Origin: an uncultured virus (IMG/VR IMGVR_UViG_3300035429_000176)
Lineage: Duplodnaviria > Heunggongvirae > Uroviricota > Caudoviricetes
IMG/VR virus record: IMGVR_UViG_3300035429_000176
DNA length: 64,000 nucleotides
Strand: one strand, 5' to 3'
The position numbers were made by a program, and so were the translations under genes. Positions 28,618 to 40,281 of this stretch are shown here, in pieces. The notes beneath the pieces were generated by a model that was not told where the DNA came from, searched no databases, and was given only the letters and a program-made list of their open reading frames with translations. Numbering within the stretch: position 1 is the first letter of the stretch; the number at the start of each line of letters is the position of its first letter.

Positions 28618-31600
28618 GTTACGAATCAAAACATATAGACGGTGATGTCTCCGTTGGTCGCAATACAGCGATAGGTGGTGATGCGACCGTTCAGGGAAAG
28701 ACCCACTTGAAAGGAAACGTAATGGTGGACGGCTGGCTTGAGGCAAAGAATATCAAAGCAGCTAGTAAAGGTCTCTTTACTACTATTGAAAAATTGAAAG
28801 CAGCCTACCCGTTTCCGCATGACGGTTGGTGGGCACTTGTCGGGCTTTCCTTACCTGCTCCTATATACGTGGGTGATGGAGGCGAGTGGGTTCCAACTGG
28901 ACAGACAGGTGGTAATCCTTCTATAGACAGTGGTAAATTTAACGAAGCTGTTGAAAAGCTACAAGAAGATATTACTAAATTACAAGATGATGTATCGGAT
29001 ATAGAGGATAAAAATAACTCGCAAGATACTAACCTTACTACACTTGGGAATAGTGTCAATTCTTTGCAGGAACAGGTAAATACAACCAAAGACACCGCCA
29101 ACAAAGCAAGTGCCAAAGCGAATGAGGTAGGAAACCAATTGAATGACTTTAAGGGAACGAAAGGAGAAAATGGTGGTATTGCACCTCTTAATGAGTATGG
29201 AAAAGTACCTAGCCGTTATTTACCGGCTTCTATGGATGATGTGAAAGATTTCGACGGTTTCGTGGAAAAAGTGGTTGTTCAACCATCGTCTATCGGGAAA
29301 AGTTCAACGGATGATGGATGTAAGATTTACTACCATAAGGACACCGATTCGCTTGTTCTTTTCTATGACGGTGTATATTACAACAACTGGCTGGATTCCG
29401 AATTGTTTGGAAATGAAACTATTGACGGGATAACTCCTGTTTCGGATAAGGTGTATTCTGACACAATTACAAACAAGACTTATCGTTGGAGCGGTTCGGC
29501 ACTTGTTATCATTGGTTCAGACCTCGCCCTTGGCTATACAAGTTCGACCGCATTTCCGGGCGATGAGGGTGCGGATTTGAAGCAGAAAATGCTACAAGCC
29601 AATGAAGATATTACGGAAAACAAGAACGTATTGTTGTCCCATTACAAACAGATAGTAGCACGAAGCGTAGTAAATGTGAACCAACTCTTTGGACTTACTA
29701 ATCGTAAGATAACATTCTCGGTGGCTCTTGATAGATGTGCGACATCCGAATATGCTGAATCTTTGCAAATACCAGGTATTGTGCTTACCTTTCAGACTGA
29801 AGCAGGTTGGCAGTCCAAACAATGGGTTATCACTGATGATTGGAATAAGGAAAGCAACTGGACGGACTTCGGAGCTTCCAACGGAGAAAGCGTTGGCAAC
29901 ACAATCAATGTAAACGCCCTGTGCAAAGATGTGGAATATACGCTATCCACCGCCATAAAAGCAATTATTGACCTTGAGCAAGAGAGCGGAGTGGCATACA
30001 TTAAGAGCGGTATTGTAGTGACATTCAAGACTGCAGAGAGCGACACCAACGGTGCACCTGTATGGCTTGCCTATCAATTTACACGAGAAGTAAGCGATGT
30101 AAACCCGGATGATTTGAAGCCGTGGGTAGCCTTTGGAAACGGAGGTGGCAAGGTGGAAACATCGGACACCCCAGCAGAGGGAGGAAAAGATGCACTTTCA
30201 ACAGGCGGTGCTTACGCGATGCAGGAAAAAGCAATCGCTGGTTTTGACGAGGAAAGCGATGAGGATTATATCTACTACAAAGCTGTGAACCTGAATGGTG
30301 GACAAATAGAAGATGTGATACTGAAAATACCTAAGAACGGAGGTGGAGGCGGTTCCAGCGAGGACAGTACCCTATCCATTTATTTTGAGGATGTCGCTCC
30401 CATTGTAGCGTTCGGTTCTGACATAAAAATTAATGTGGCCCTACGTAGTGTGAGTTATCCGGGAGGTGTAGAAACACTTGGCGTTATCCGTAATGTGAGC
30501 ATAATTGATGCAAGTACGGGACTAACCCTATTTAGCGAGGACATGAATATCGTAGGTTCTGCAAGTGCCACAGACTACAAGTTTGAACTTGACTTTACTG
30601 GCTATTTCAGCGGAGCGGCGAGCAAGAGTTTCTTTGTGCAAGCTACAGATGCTGACGGAAATACTAAGAAGAAAGCCATTACAGTAGTAGCCGTGGACAT
30701 CACCGTGGAGCAGCCTATGGCATTGAACTACACAAGTGACACTGTTCTTACCGTAGGTGGATCCGCCAAGAACATCGAACAGTTTTATAAATTTCCCAAT
30801 AACACATCATCCATACTTGCGACCGTGGAAATGTACTACAACGGAGAATGGAAGAAACTCGGTGAAGCAATGGTAAGCGACAGTTATACCAAGAGTATAT
30901 CCGTAAATCCGAACGATGTGTTTGGTGGTGGTGAACGGCTCTCGCATGGTGCATATCCTGTGCGTATCTTCGGTACGGAAAGCAAGTCGGGGGTAAAAGG
31001 CAATACCATCTATTCAGCTCTTATGTGCATAGACGAGAATAATAGCACACCTATTGTCGCCCTCCGTTTCAATGACAAGAACAATGGTACATTGCGTCTG
31101 TATGACAATCTGACCGTAGAAGTAGCTGCCTATACACCTGACAAGACAGAAACGCATATTGATGTCTTCTATGATGAAGAAAAGGTTACTTCTGTTGATG
31201 CCATGATTGCTGAAACGATTACCGTGAACAAGCAGATAAGCGGCTATAAGGCGGACGGAAGCCAAAGTATTACTGTACACGCTGAAAGTGGAAGTGTCAG
31301 CACCAATGAAATAGAAGTGACGGTTAAAGGAAGTGCCATTGACATTGCCATCAAGGACGGTGCTTTGTTTGGGTATGACTTCTCCACACGAAGCAACAGT
31401 GAAAGTGACCACACCATTATCAACAATGGGGTAAAGATGGAAATCAAAGGTGCGAACTGGTCAAGCAACGGATTTATAGACTATCTGAACGAACGCTCTT
31501 TGCGCATTGCCGAGAATGTGACAGCCGAGATATTGGATTACCGTCCTTTCGGAAATCCGTCCGTAGAAAGTGCTAGTGGTTGTGCTTTCCAATTCGCTTT

Positions 31601-34600
31601 TGCGACCAAGAACATCAAGGAAGCCAGCTCAAAACTCATAGAGTGTTACGATGCCGACAGCGGTGCCGGATTCTATGTATGCGGAAACAAGGTTGCTATT
31701 TTCTGCAAAACAGGTCAGCCGGCATTGGTAGAACGCTCTTTTAAGAACGGAGAAAAGCACACTATGGCTATCGTTGTAGAGCCTTCAACTATCTTTGTAA
31801 CCCGTGGTGGCAGCAACTATTCATGCATGAAGCTGTATTTAGATGGCGAAGAGGTGGGCTGTATAGGATATATCAGTAACAGCGGAGCTATTCTCAACTC
31901 AAAGACTGTCACTTTTGACGGAACAGAGGGAGACCTATACCTTTATTACATCCTTGCTTACAACAGTTACTACGAGTGGGCACAGGCATTTAGAAATTAC
32001 TTGTGCAAACTGACCGACACAACGGCGATGATTGATGAATATGAGAGGGAGAATTTGCTTGATACGCAAAACCGTCCGACTCTTGAATCTCTTGCCGCCA
32101 AAGGTATCCCTTACTATGTAGTTGTGAATGATCAGCAGACTTTTGACACCTTTGACGGAGATATTGACACGAGCAAGAAGTTCAAATGCACACTATTCTA
32201 CTATGATCCCAAACGACCTTGGCGCAGCTTCAAGGCTATCAATGTGCAATGGCGCAGACAGGGAACGACATCGGCAAAGCGCCCTATCAAGAATGCCCGT
32301 TTCTATCTTCAGAAGAATGACGGTTGGAAAGTTTCTCCTATCTATCCGGAATATACCAACGAAGATGCAAAGGTTTCGTATGACCTGATGAAATTAGGCT
32401 ATGTACGTGTAGGCGAGAATTCTATACCTGTGAAAATCATCACGGTAAAGGTGGACTACTCCGATAGTAGCAATGCCAATGACTGCGGAGTTTGTAACCT
32501 TATGAATGCTACATATCGTGCCCTTGGCAACAACTATCTGACTCCGGCACAACGTGCCTTTGACGGAACATGGGTAAAAGGAGACATATCATTGAGCGGA
32601 TTGACGATGAACCATTCGACTGCCAACCACCCGATTGCCGCATTCCGTTCGACTATGGAAAGTCTTACCGATGCTTGGTTCCATGCCAAAGGTAATTGGA
32701 AAGAGGATAAAGGCGAGCAGGTGGCACTCGGTTTCAAAGACACACCCGGCTACAACAAAGGGTGTTTGAACTATGGCGACTTCATCGAATACTTCGGCAG
32801 AAGAGACGAAACCCTTGATGAAATTGAATCACGCTTCAAGAGCGATAGTACCACAGACAAAAGTAAACTCTATATGCTCTCCCTTTATTGTGGCGAGAAC
32901 TACCGCTTTATGGCATACGAGAGCGGTGCTTGGACTGTACAAAGCGGAGAAATGAAGCAGGTAGATGGCGAGTGGCAGATAACAGGTAAGGTGTTGAATC
33001 CTGTAAGCGGTTATGAGCTGCTGACTTATGATGCCATGAACTGGTGGCAGGGAGTGGGAAGCATTGATGACATGATGGAACCGACCACGGCAGAATCATC
33101 GTGGGTAACAAAACTGAAACTCGGACAACCGACCTATCCGATGTGGACACGCTACTTCGAGTGTATGATAGACGATGACCAACTGCAAATAGACTTGGCT
33201 ATGGGACGCAAAGTGCCTTACGACTTGTTTAACGTGTTGGTGTTCTGTGACAGTTGCGACTATGCCAAGGAGGAACTTAAAGACACTTGGAAGGAGATTT
33301 GGAAAACGAAGATGTGGAAGTACATAAATCCGTACAGCCTTGTGTCGTACTATCTCTTTACGGACTACCTTGCCGCCGTTGACCAACAGGCGAAGAATAT
33401 GCAACCTATGTGGTTCTTGGAGGACGGTTGCAGCGTGAAAGACGGAGTATATAGCGGAGCAAACGGTATGGAAGCCAGAAGAATGTACTGCAACAAGGTG
33501 TATGATTGTGATACCTGTAACGGCAAGGACAATGACGGTGGCCAGACCATTGATCCGGAGGTTGACCCTGGCGACTTGACGAGTAGCGCGTACGCAGGAC
33601 GAGGCAGCGTGTTGTGGAACGACATACGCGGACAGCAGACTATGGAGGTGGATCAAAACGGTAACACCATTACGCTTTCGGCTATCGCTGACACCATGCG
33701 TTCACTTCCGGACACGCTCGGCATTGGTTCGGGGCCATTCTCTCCGAAAGGTGCGCTCCATTACTTCGTTACGGAAATATTGAAGAAGTGGCCAAAAGTG
33801 GTGTCAAGTTACGACGGAGAGCGTAAGTACATCAAATACACCGGATACAGCGATATTTATTTCTATGCTTTGCAGGGATTGGGACTTACTTCTTTACCGG
33901 CGTTCATCGAACAACGTTGGAGAATCCGCGACGGCTACTACCGTTGTGGCGACTTCAAAGCAGAGAGCGGTTATATAGGCGGTCGTATCGGTGCGAAAGA
34001 GGGGGCGGTTATTCGTTTTAAGGCTGCAAAGACAGGCTACTTCGGAATTGGTAACGACAGTGGAAACATCACGCAGGGCATCTATCTGAAAGCAGGAGAA
34101 GAGGGTGTGTTCAGTAATTTCCAACATGGCGAGAACATCATGCTCTACATCTATCAAGCCGACCGTATGAGTATGATTGACTTGAGTGAAATCAGCATTG
34201 ACCCTCAATTCGGTAATACATTGTCGAAGATGGTGTTGTTGCAGGAACTTTTCCTTGGTAGCAACACGCACGGAGATTGGACGATGTCGCCTGGTAACAC
34301 TGGCTATATGACCAATCTTGATTTGGGCGATATGCCGTTCTTGCGGGTATTCGATGTGCGGCATACGGAACTATTGAGCGTTAACGCATCGAAGTGTCCA
34401 CGTTTGGAGAAAGTATATGCGGATGGCACAGGGTTATCGACCATAGACCTTGCAGAAACTGCTCCCATTAGTACATTGACGCTGCCCGATACGATGACGG
34501 AACTTGTATTGAACAATTTGCCAAACCTGACTTATCCCGGAGGACTTACGCTAGGAGGTGTAGGCAAGGTAGCAAAGATATTCGTAAATGAATGTCCGTA

Positions 34601-36540
34601 TGTGGATGCTATGACACTTTTAGAGCAGATAATTAATGCGAGTGCGATCAGAACTGTACGTATTCCTAATGTAAATGCAACTGCTAGTGTTGATTTGTTA
34701 CGTTCTATAAAGGATAGTGGAGCAATTGGGCTTGATGCAAACGGGAACGCATACGATGAGAGTGGACAATGTAGTGGTATTACAGGACGTTGGATATTGA
34801 GTGAACTTGTAGAAGAGAGTGAAGTAAATGTCCTTACTGCATATTTTCCACAGTTAGAGCTCCATAATTCGCAATTTTCTATTGTGAAAATCAATGATGT
34901 TGTGGATAACGATTCATGTGAGAAGTACAGCAATCCTGAAAACAAGACAGGTGAAGACTACGGTAACACATATATTCCTAGTGGGCATACTCTTGCTATA
35001 AAGAAAGGTTGCCATGCTTTTAAATGCTCGTTCAACACGAAGAAGAATCAAATGGAAGGTGTACAGTTGAGTGATACAGACTTTAATTATCTGAAAGATG
35101 GTAGTAGCTTTGATGTTACAGATACGGCAGGGGAGGGTTTTGATATATTTTGGCATGCTCCTCACTATTGGTATAAGGGCGTAAATGATTATAAGAACCA
35201 AGTGAAGTATTTTATTACTTCTGTTACGGAAAACGAGCCTATTTCAACTGCATTACATAGCAAGAAGGCTAAACTTTCTGAACTTCTGTACAAGGAGAAC
35301 ACTGGAGTGTATGCGAATGATGCTGTTATTGGTGAGGTTATGAGTGAGGATGTTATATCTACAGCTTCTAATACTAACAGCTATAAGATGGACGTAAAAG
35401 GTATGAAGCAGGTGAAATGGCCGGGATTGAATCATGCGCGACTAGGTGGTGTATTCACTGATGAAAGTAATTGTGTACTTGGTATATTCATTATGTCCGT
35501 AAGTCATACGTATTTTGACTTTTCTATAGGTGAGTGTGTATTCTGCGATGTACCTAGCGGTGCAAAATGGTTCTATTTTACTTCTTTTCGCGACATTGGT
35601 GATGTAGAGTGTCTTTCTGTGGATAGTGCTAGCATTGAGGCTCTTGAGCCGGAATGGATTGAACATACAGTAGGTGATAATGACAGTCTTGTAGGTGTTT
35701 ATCCTATTACTATTGACGGTTTGAAGATGCCACGAAGTCTTTCTGGCGAGGTACGCTCAAAGAAAGGTAATGGTACATCCACTACGTCAGGTGAATGGAA
35801 ATACGACAGTAGTGGTAATCCTATTGAGATGCCGATTGCTACCTTAAACTACACAGCAAAGGATTTCCAGAATATTTCCCGTTTGAGAGGTGCAGGTTAC
35901 CAATTACAGGATTATGAACAACACAAAGAGATTAGTAATCTTTGGTGGGCATTAAACGGAACAACCAACGAACAATCTGTAGTCGGTAATGGAGGACATG
36001 ACGCTATTTTAAATAAGCTGGATTCCATTGGCATGGCAGATAGTAGTAATGCTGGCAATTCCCTTAATTCTATACTTGGTTTGAAGCATTATGTAGGCTG
36101 TGATTCAGAGTGGATGGATTATATTGCATTTAATATCCCAAGTTATGAAACATTCTACAAAGCAAAATGTATTGATACTGATAGTTCGTATCCTTCGGAT
36201 TATATAGCTCATATTTATGATCCTGTGAAAAAGACTGAACGTACAGTGAAATCAGTTGAATCTTCCAATGCAAATTGTGTGGTACGCTTGGTGCATGGAG
36301 CAAAATGCGATGTTTTGCCAAGCAGGGTTCATAATGCAGATACAAGTAAGTATGTTACTCATTATGCGGCTGGTTATTGGATCAATAGTAGCAAAGGCCG
36401 TTGTGTTTTGCGGTCCGGCAGCAACTCGATTGCGAANNNNNNNNNNNNNNNNNNNNNNNNNNNNNNNNNNNNNNTCGAACTCGAACACGAACTACGGGGC
36501 GCGTCTGGCCTTCCGCGGAAAATTCGTAATAATTGAATAG
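28614..36540 (+). CDS. Large tail/adhesin protein and DGR target (~2641 aa): coiled coil, LamG-like, CotH-kinase-like, LRR and C-terminal C-type-lectin-like variable domain
   Basis: The N gap (36437-36474) is 38 nt but the aligned TR segment (37448-37484) is 37 nt. Correcting this gives the true C-terminus ...SNSNTNYGARLAFRGKFVIIE* at 36540. Confidence 0.85.
36397..36513 (+). repeat. DGR variable repeat (VR)
   Basis: Aligns to the TR. All 5 readable mismatches are at TR adenines (36421 G, 36430 T, 36508-10 GCC). The central 38 nt are N. Confidence 0.95.
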
Positions 36541-36549
36541 AGCGATGCT

Positions 36550-36610
36550 CGTTTTTGCGAAAAAAGCGTTAGAGGGAGAGTCGACCAACGGGAGACTGCT
36601 CCCTCTCTCT
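36550..36610 (+). promoter_or_regulatory. Post-VR hairpins (candidate DGR target-recognition cruciform and/or terminator)
   Basis: CGTTTTT-GCGA-AAAAAGCG with a GNRA-type loop, then AGAGGGAGAGTC...GACTGCTCCCTCT followed by a T-rich run. Confidence 0.6.
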
Positions 36611-36665
36611 TTTTCTAATGTAGGTTGGGTAATATATTATAGAGCAGCATGAATATTTGTGCCTT

Positions 36666-36702
36666 AAAATGTTCTATATATGGAACATTTTTTGTATCTT
36701 TG
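36666..36702 (+). promoter_or_regulatory. TA operon promoter (TATCTTTG 36695-36702) with palindromic operator AAAATGTTC-TATATATG-GAACATTTT
   Basis: Perfect 9-bp inverted arms (36666-74 and 36683-91) just upstream of the -7 box. Confidence 0.75.
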
Positions 36703-36719
36703 CAATGCAATAACAAGGT

Positions 36720-37064
36720 ATGGAATTGAAAGCAAGATTCAAAGTGATAATGTCAAGCGAGGCAGATGCCTTTCTTGATACTTTGCGCCAAGACATTAAA
36801 GACAAGATTGTTTATAATGTAGATAAGGTTGCCAATGGATATATGGATAAAGACCTTTTTAAAAAATTGGATGGTACGGATATTTGGGAGTTCCGCACCC
36901 TGTATAAAGGTATTCAATATCGTCTGTTGGCTTTTTGGGACACCGACGCGGAAACGTTGGTCATTGCCACGCATGGATTTGTGAAGAAAACACAAAAGAC
37001 CCCACGCAAAGAGATAAACAAGGCGGAAGCCGTCAGAATATTATATTTCAACTCAAAAAAATAA
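36720..37064 (+). CDS. RelE/HigB-like toxin (Gp49/DUF891 type)
   Basis: IWEFRT...YRLLAF...HGFVKKTQKTP..EI signature. Confidence 0.88.
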   Translation: MELKARFKVIMSSEADAFLDTLRQDIKDKIVYNVDKVANGYMDKDLFKKLDGTDIWEFRTLYKGIQYRLLAFWDTDAETLVIATHGFVKKTQKTPRKEINKAEAVRILYFNSKK

Positions 37065-37068
37065 GTAT

Positions 37069-37380
37069 ATGGAAGCAATTAAATTTTATACCCTTGATGA
37101 AGTTAAGGATAAACATATAGGTGAGGTCGGTACACCGCACAGAGATAAGTATGAAGCTGAATTGCAATCATTTTTGATTGGGGAAGCCATAAAAAAAGCC
37201 CGTAAATCCCAAAACATGACCCAAGAGGAATTGGCACAAAAAATCGGTGTACAGCGTTCACAAGTATCCAAGATAGAAAGCGGACGTAATCTGACCCTTT
37301 CCACCATTGCGCGAGTGTTTAAGGCCATGGGTATGAAGGCGTCTTTGAGTATTTCCGGTTTAGGAAGCATAACTCTTTAA
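37069..37380 (+). CDS. XRE-family HTH antitoxin (HigA-like)
   Basis: MTQEELAQKIGVQRSQVSKIESG HTH; toxin-first gene order. Confidence 0.88.
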   Translation: MEAIKFYTLDEVKDKHIGEVGTPHRDKYEAELQSFLIGEAIKKARKSQNMTQEELAQKIGVQRSQVSKIESGRNLTLSTIARVFKAMGMKASLSISGLGSITL

Positions 37381-37407
37381 AAAAATAAAAGGCGGACAAT
37401 CCCTCGC

Positions 37408-37523
37408 GCCGTTGTGTTTTGCGGTCCGGCAACAACTCGAATGCGAACAGCGGTCTCGCTTATGCGAACGCGAACAACGCTTCATCGAACTCGAACACGA
37501 ACTACGGGGCGCGTCTGAAATTC
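37408..37523 (+). ncRNA. DGR template repeat (TR)
   Basis: AAC-rich copy of the VR (AAC AAC TCG AAT GCG AAC ... AAC TAC GGG GCG CGT CTG AAA TTC), directly upstream of the RT gene. Confidence 0.95.
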
Positions 37524-37626
37524 TGTTGGTTAAATTAATCGGAGACCCTGCACAGGTACGAGATTACCACCGCCATTCTCCGAGGGATTCGAGCCTCGGC
37601 AACAGCATGATAATATATATTTATTA

Positions 37627-39117
37627 ATGGAAAGCCGGAACATATCTTTAACCACATGTGGGGAGAGGTTGGACCACTCCCTACGAGACCGGAAGGCGGT
37701 CAGCGATATATACGATTTATTCCAACCGGCCGTAGCTGCACCTGCGGTCTGTTATCCGTTATATAATCTCATACCGGAGATTATATCCGATGAGAATTTG
37801 GAAAGGTCATTCAAGCGTGTCATGGCAAATCTGAGAAGTGCAGATACCCGAAGCGGGAATCGGCAAAGAGAGATAGCTGTAATAGATGGCATTGAATGTT
37901 CACCAAGAATGGTCCGTTATGTAAAAAACAAGCATAAGATACTTGATGCACTGAAAGAACAGATAGGTAACGGCACATTCCGTATAAAGAACCTCAAGTC
38001 GTTTACTGTGGATGACGGACCGAAAGTAAGAATTGTGCAAGCCCCGTCAGTCATAGAGCGTATTGGAAGCAATGCGATTATGGAGCCGTTGGAAAAGCAT
38101 CTTTCACCCCTATTGATAGAAACAACGGCTGCATCCATACAAGGACGTGGACCGCATGGTTTGTTTCATCAGGTGCAGGATACATTGGCAGAGAACCCCA
38201 ATATACACTATTATTATCAAAGCGATTATAAAGGATATTATGACAGTATCGACCATGATATATTAATCTCCACAATCAGGCGGTATGTCGGAGACCCTGT
38301 CTTATTGCCTATTCTTGAAAATTTTGTCAAAGCACTATATCCCAACGGGAAGCATGGCATAAGCAAAGGACTGCGTTCCTCACAATTCTTTGGAAACCTT
38401 TACCATAATGATATTGATCACCGGATGATTGATGAATATGGTGCAAAACATTACTTCCGTTTTTGTGATGACATCTTTATTCTCGGTGAGAGTAAACGTG
38501 ATTTGTGGAAATTGCGGGACAAACTACACTATGAAGCAGCTCAAATAGGGCTGACAATAAAACCAAGCGAAAAAGTGGCTCCCATATCCGCCGGTATGGA
38601 TGCCCTTGGCTTTGTCAACTACGGCGACTATACATTGCTACGAAAACGGACAAAAGTAAATGCAGCCCGAAAACTTTCCAAGATTAAATCACGGAAACGG
38701 AGACAGCAAATAATTGGTTCATTCAAGGGTATGGCCTGCCATGCAGATTGCAAACATTTATTTTATATACTTACCAAGAACAACATGAAGAAATTTTCTG
38801 AAATGGGTGTTACGTACACTCCAGCAGATGGAAAAAAACGCTTTCCCGGCAAGGTTATGCGTTTGAGTGACATCGTAAATATTCCAATTGAGATACATGA
38901 TTTTGAAACAGGAATAGACACCAAAGAGGGGGAAGACCGTTATCTGGTATCGTTCCGCAATTCCAGGACTCAAGAATGGGGAAAGTTCTTTACTGCATCG
39001 GTTGAGATGAAAGGGATTCTTGACCAAATCAGCGATATTGAGGACGGCTTTCCATTTGAAACAGTTCTCAAATGTGAAATGTTTGACGGAGGCAAACGAA
39101 AATACAATTTTACCTGA
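37627..39117 (+). CDS. DGR reverse transcriptase with a fused ~110-aa C-terminal domain; start codon uncertain
   Basis: QSDYKGYYDSIDH, GISKGLRSSQ (DGR-type GxxxSQ), YFRFCDD and GMDALGF motifs; adjacent TR. Confidence 0.93.
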   Translation: MESRNISLTTCGERLDHSLRDRKAVSDIYDLFQPAVAAPAVCYPLYNLIPEIISDENLERSFKRVMANLRSADTRSGNRQREIAVIDGIECSPRMVRYVKNKHKILDALKEQIGNGTFRIKNLKSFTVDDGPKVRIVQAPSVIERIGSNAIMEPLEKHLSPLLIETTAASIQGRGPHGLFHQVQDTLAENPNIHYYYQSDYKGYYDSIDHDILISTIRRYVGDPVLLPILENFVKALYPNGKHGISKGLRSSQFFGNLYHNDIDHRMIDEYGAKHYFRFCDDIFILGESKRDLWKLRDKLHYEAAQIGLTIKPSEKVAPISAGMDALGFVNYGDYTLLRKRTKVNAARKLSKIKSRKRRQQIIGSFKGMACHADCKHLFYILTKNNMKKFSEMGVTYTPADGKKRFPGKVMRLSDIVNIPIEIHDFETGIDTKEGEDRYLVSFRNSRTQEWGKFFTASVEMKGILDQISDIEDGFPFETVLKCEMFDGGKRKYNFT

Positions 39118-39118
39118 C

Positions 39119-39163
39119 GGGAAAAAGATAACATACTAATCCGCTCGGTATCCGCTACTTTTG
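39119..39163 (+). promoter_or_regulatory. Promoter motif copy 7: GGGAAAAAGATAACA-N22-TACTTTTG, upstream of the lysis/tail operon
   Basis: Same core and spacing as the other copies. Confidence 0.7.
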
Positions 39164-39184
39164 TCGTAAATCAAAATTCATGCA

Positions 39185-39691
39185 ATGGAAAAGATTTACG
39201 GCACAAAGAAGCGGCAGGATTGTCTTGTACGTACAGGACGCTCCAAGTGGATACTGTTTTATGGCTTCGGGAAAGATGATGAGAATAGTGAGAATGGCTG
39301 GGAGTACCGGCATACATTCGACCATAAACCCACACTTTCCGAAGTCAAGGAACTTGTTGTGTCCGCTATAAACACGGCTACGGAGGAAAAGATTATAAAC
39401 GGCTTTGTCTGGAACGGGAAAGCGGTATATCTTTCACCCGAAAACCAATTAAACTTTTCCGCTATAGAACGTAGTGAAAAGATTCCTTATCCGCTTATTC
39501 TAAAAATCAATGAACAGGAAGATGGTACGCCCATCTATCATACTTTCGAGAATGCAGATGATTTTATTGCGTTCTCCCAAGCAGCGTGCGCCTATGTGAT
39601 AAAGACTGTTCAGGAAGGGTGGAAAGAAAAGGATGAAGTGGATTGGACGGTATTTAATTTAAAAAGTAATAACGATGAAAAAGTTGATTGA
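39185..39691 (+). CDS. DUF4376-like tail-associated protein
   Basis: GFVWNGKAVYLSPENQLNF and GWKEKD motifs. Confidence 0.6.
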   Translation: MEKIYGTKKRQDCLVRTGRSKWILFYGFGKDDENSENGWEYRHTFDHKPTLSEVKELVVSAINTATEEKIINGFVWNGKAVYLSPENQLNFSAIERSEKIPYPLILKINEQEDGTPIYHTFENADDFIAFSQAACAYVIKTVQEGWKEKDEVDWTVFNLKSNNDEKVD

Positions 39692-39920
39692 ATGGCTCGG
39701 AATGAGTAACAGGTGGAAACACCTCATAGGAGGACTGATTATCGGCATTTTTGCATTTGGTTGGTTTACCGCAATGTATGCCGGAGTTTTGACAGCAGGT
39801 GCTTTGGAATATAAAGACAAGGTGCATGGCGGTAGATGGGATTGGATTGACTTTGGTCTTACAGTAGCCGGAGCAATGATAGGACAACTAATAGGAGGAA
39901 CTTTAATATGGAACAACTAA
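39675..39920 (+). CDS. Small membrane protein of the lysis cassette (holin-like)
   Basis: NRWKHL...ALEYKD..GGRWDWIDF; hydrophobic. Confidence 0.6.
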   Translation: MKKLIEWLGMSNRWKHLIGGLIIGIFAFGWFTAMYAGVLTAGALEYKDKVHGGRWDWIDFGLTVAGAMIGQLIGGTLIWNN

Positions 39921-40267
39921 GCACAATTATCCAAGTTGTCGGTTCGCTCATCACATTAGTTATATTGCCCTTGCTATTGCTTAGAAGCAAAAAGAAAAAG
40001 GCAGATGCCGAGGCTGAAAAAACCGAAGCAGATAACATCACAGCTTATGCTGCTGAATGGAAAGAATTGTACGAGAAGAAGGAAAAGCGAGTTGTCGAAC
40101 TGGACGCCAAAATTGACCACCTTTACGCCGAGATAACCAAGTATCGTGACGCTATCCGCGAGCTAAGCAAAAAGAACAGCGAGCTTGCCGTTCAGAATCA
40201 AGCACTGGAATTCCGGAAATGCAATAAACATGGTTGTGCAGACCGCGTCCCACCAAGTGAATATTAA
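39908..40267 (+). CDS. Putative holin (N-terminal TM plus coiled coil)
   Basis: One TM segment, then a coiled coil; immediately upstream of the endolysin. Confidence 0.6.
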   Translation: MEQLSTIIQVVGSLITLVILPLLLLRSKKKKADAEAEKTEADNITAYAAEWKELYEKKEKRVVELDAKIDHLYAEITKYRDAIRELSKKNSELAVQNQALEFRKCNKHGCADRVPPSEY

Positions 40268-40281
40268 CCAAATAAATAAGT

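Noticed and set aside
36475..36536. C-terminus ELEHELRGASGLPRKIRNN or a programmed frameshift in the target gene
   Set aside because: Artefact of the N gap being one base longer than the TR-aligned segment.
37412..37627. 71-aa ORF over the TR as an avd-like gene
   Set aside because: It is an off-frame reading of the TR and spacer, with no resemblance to the Avd helical bundle.
37627..39117. RT as a group II intron, retron or Abi RT
   Set aside because: The adjacent TR/VR pair with adenine-specific mismatches and the GxxxSQ motif identify it as a DGR RT.
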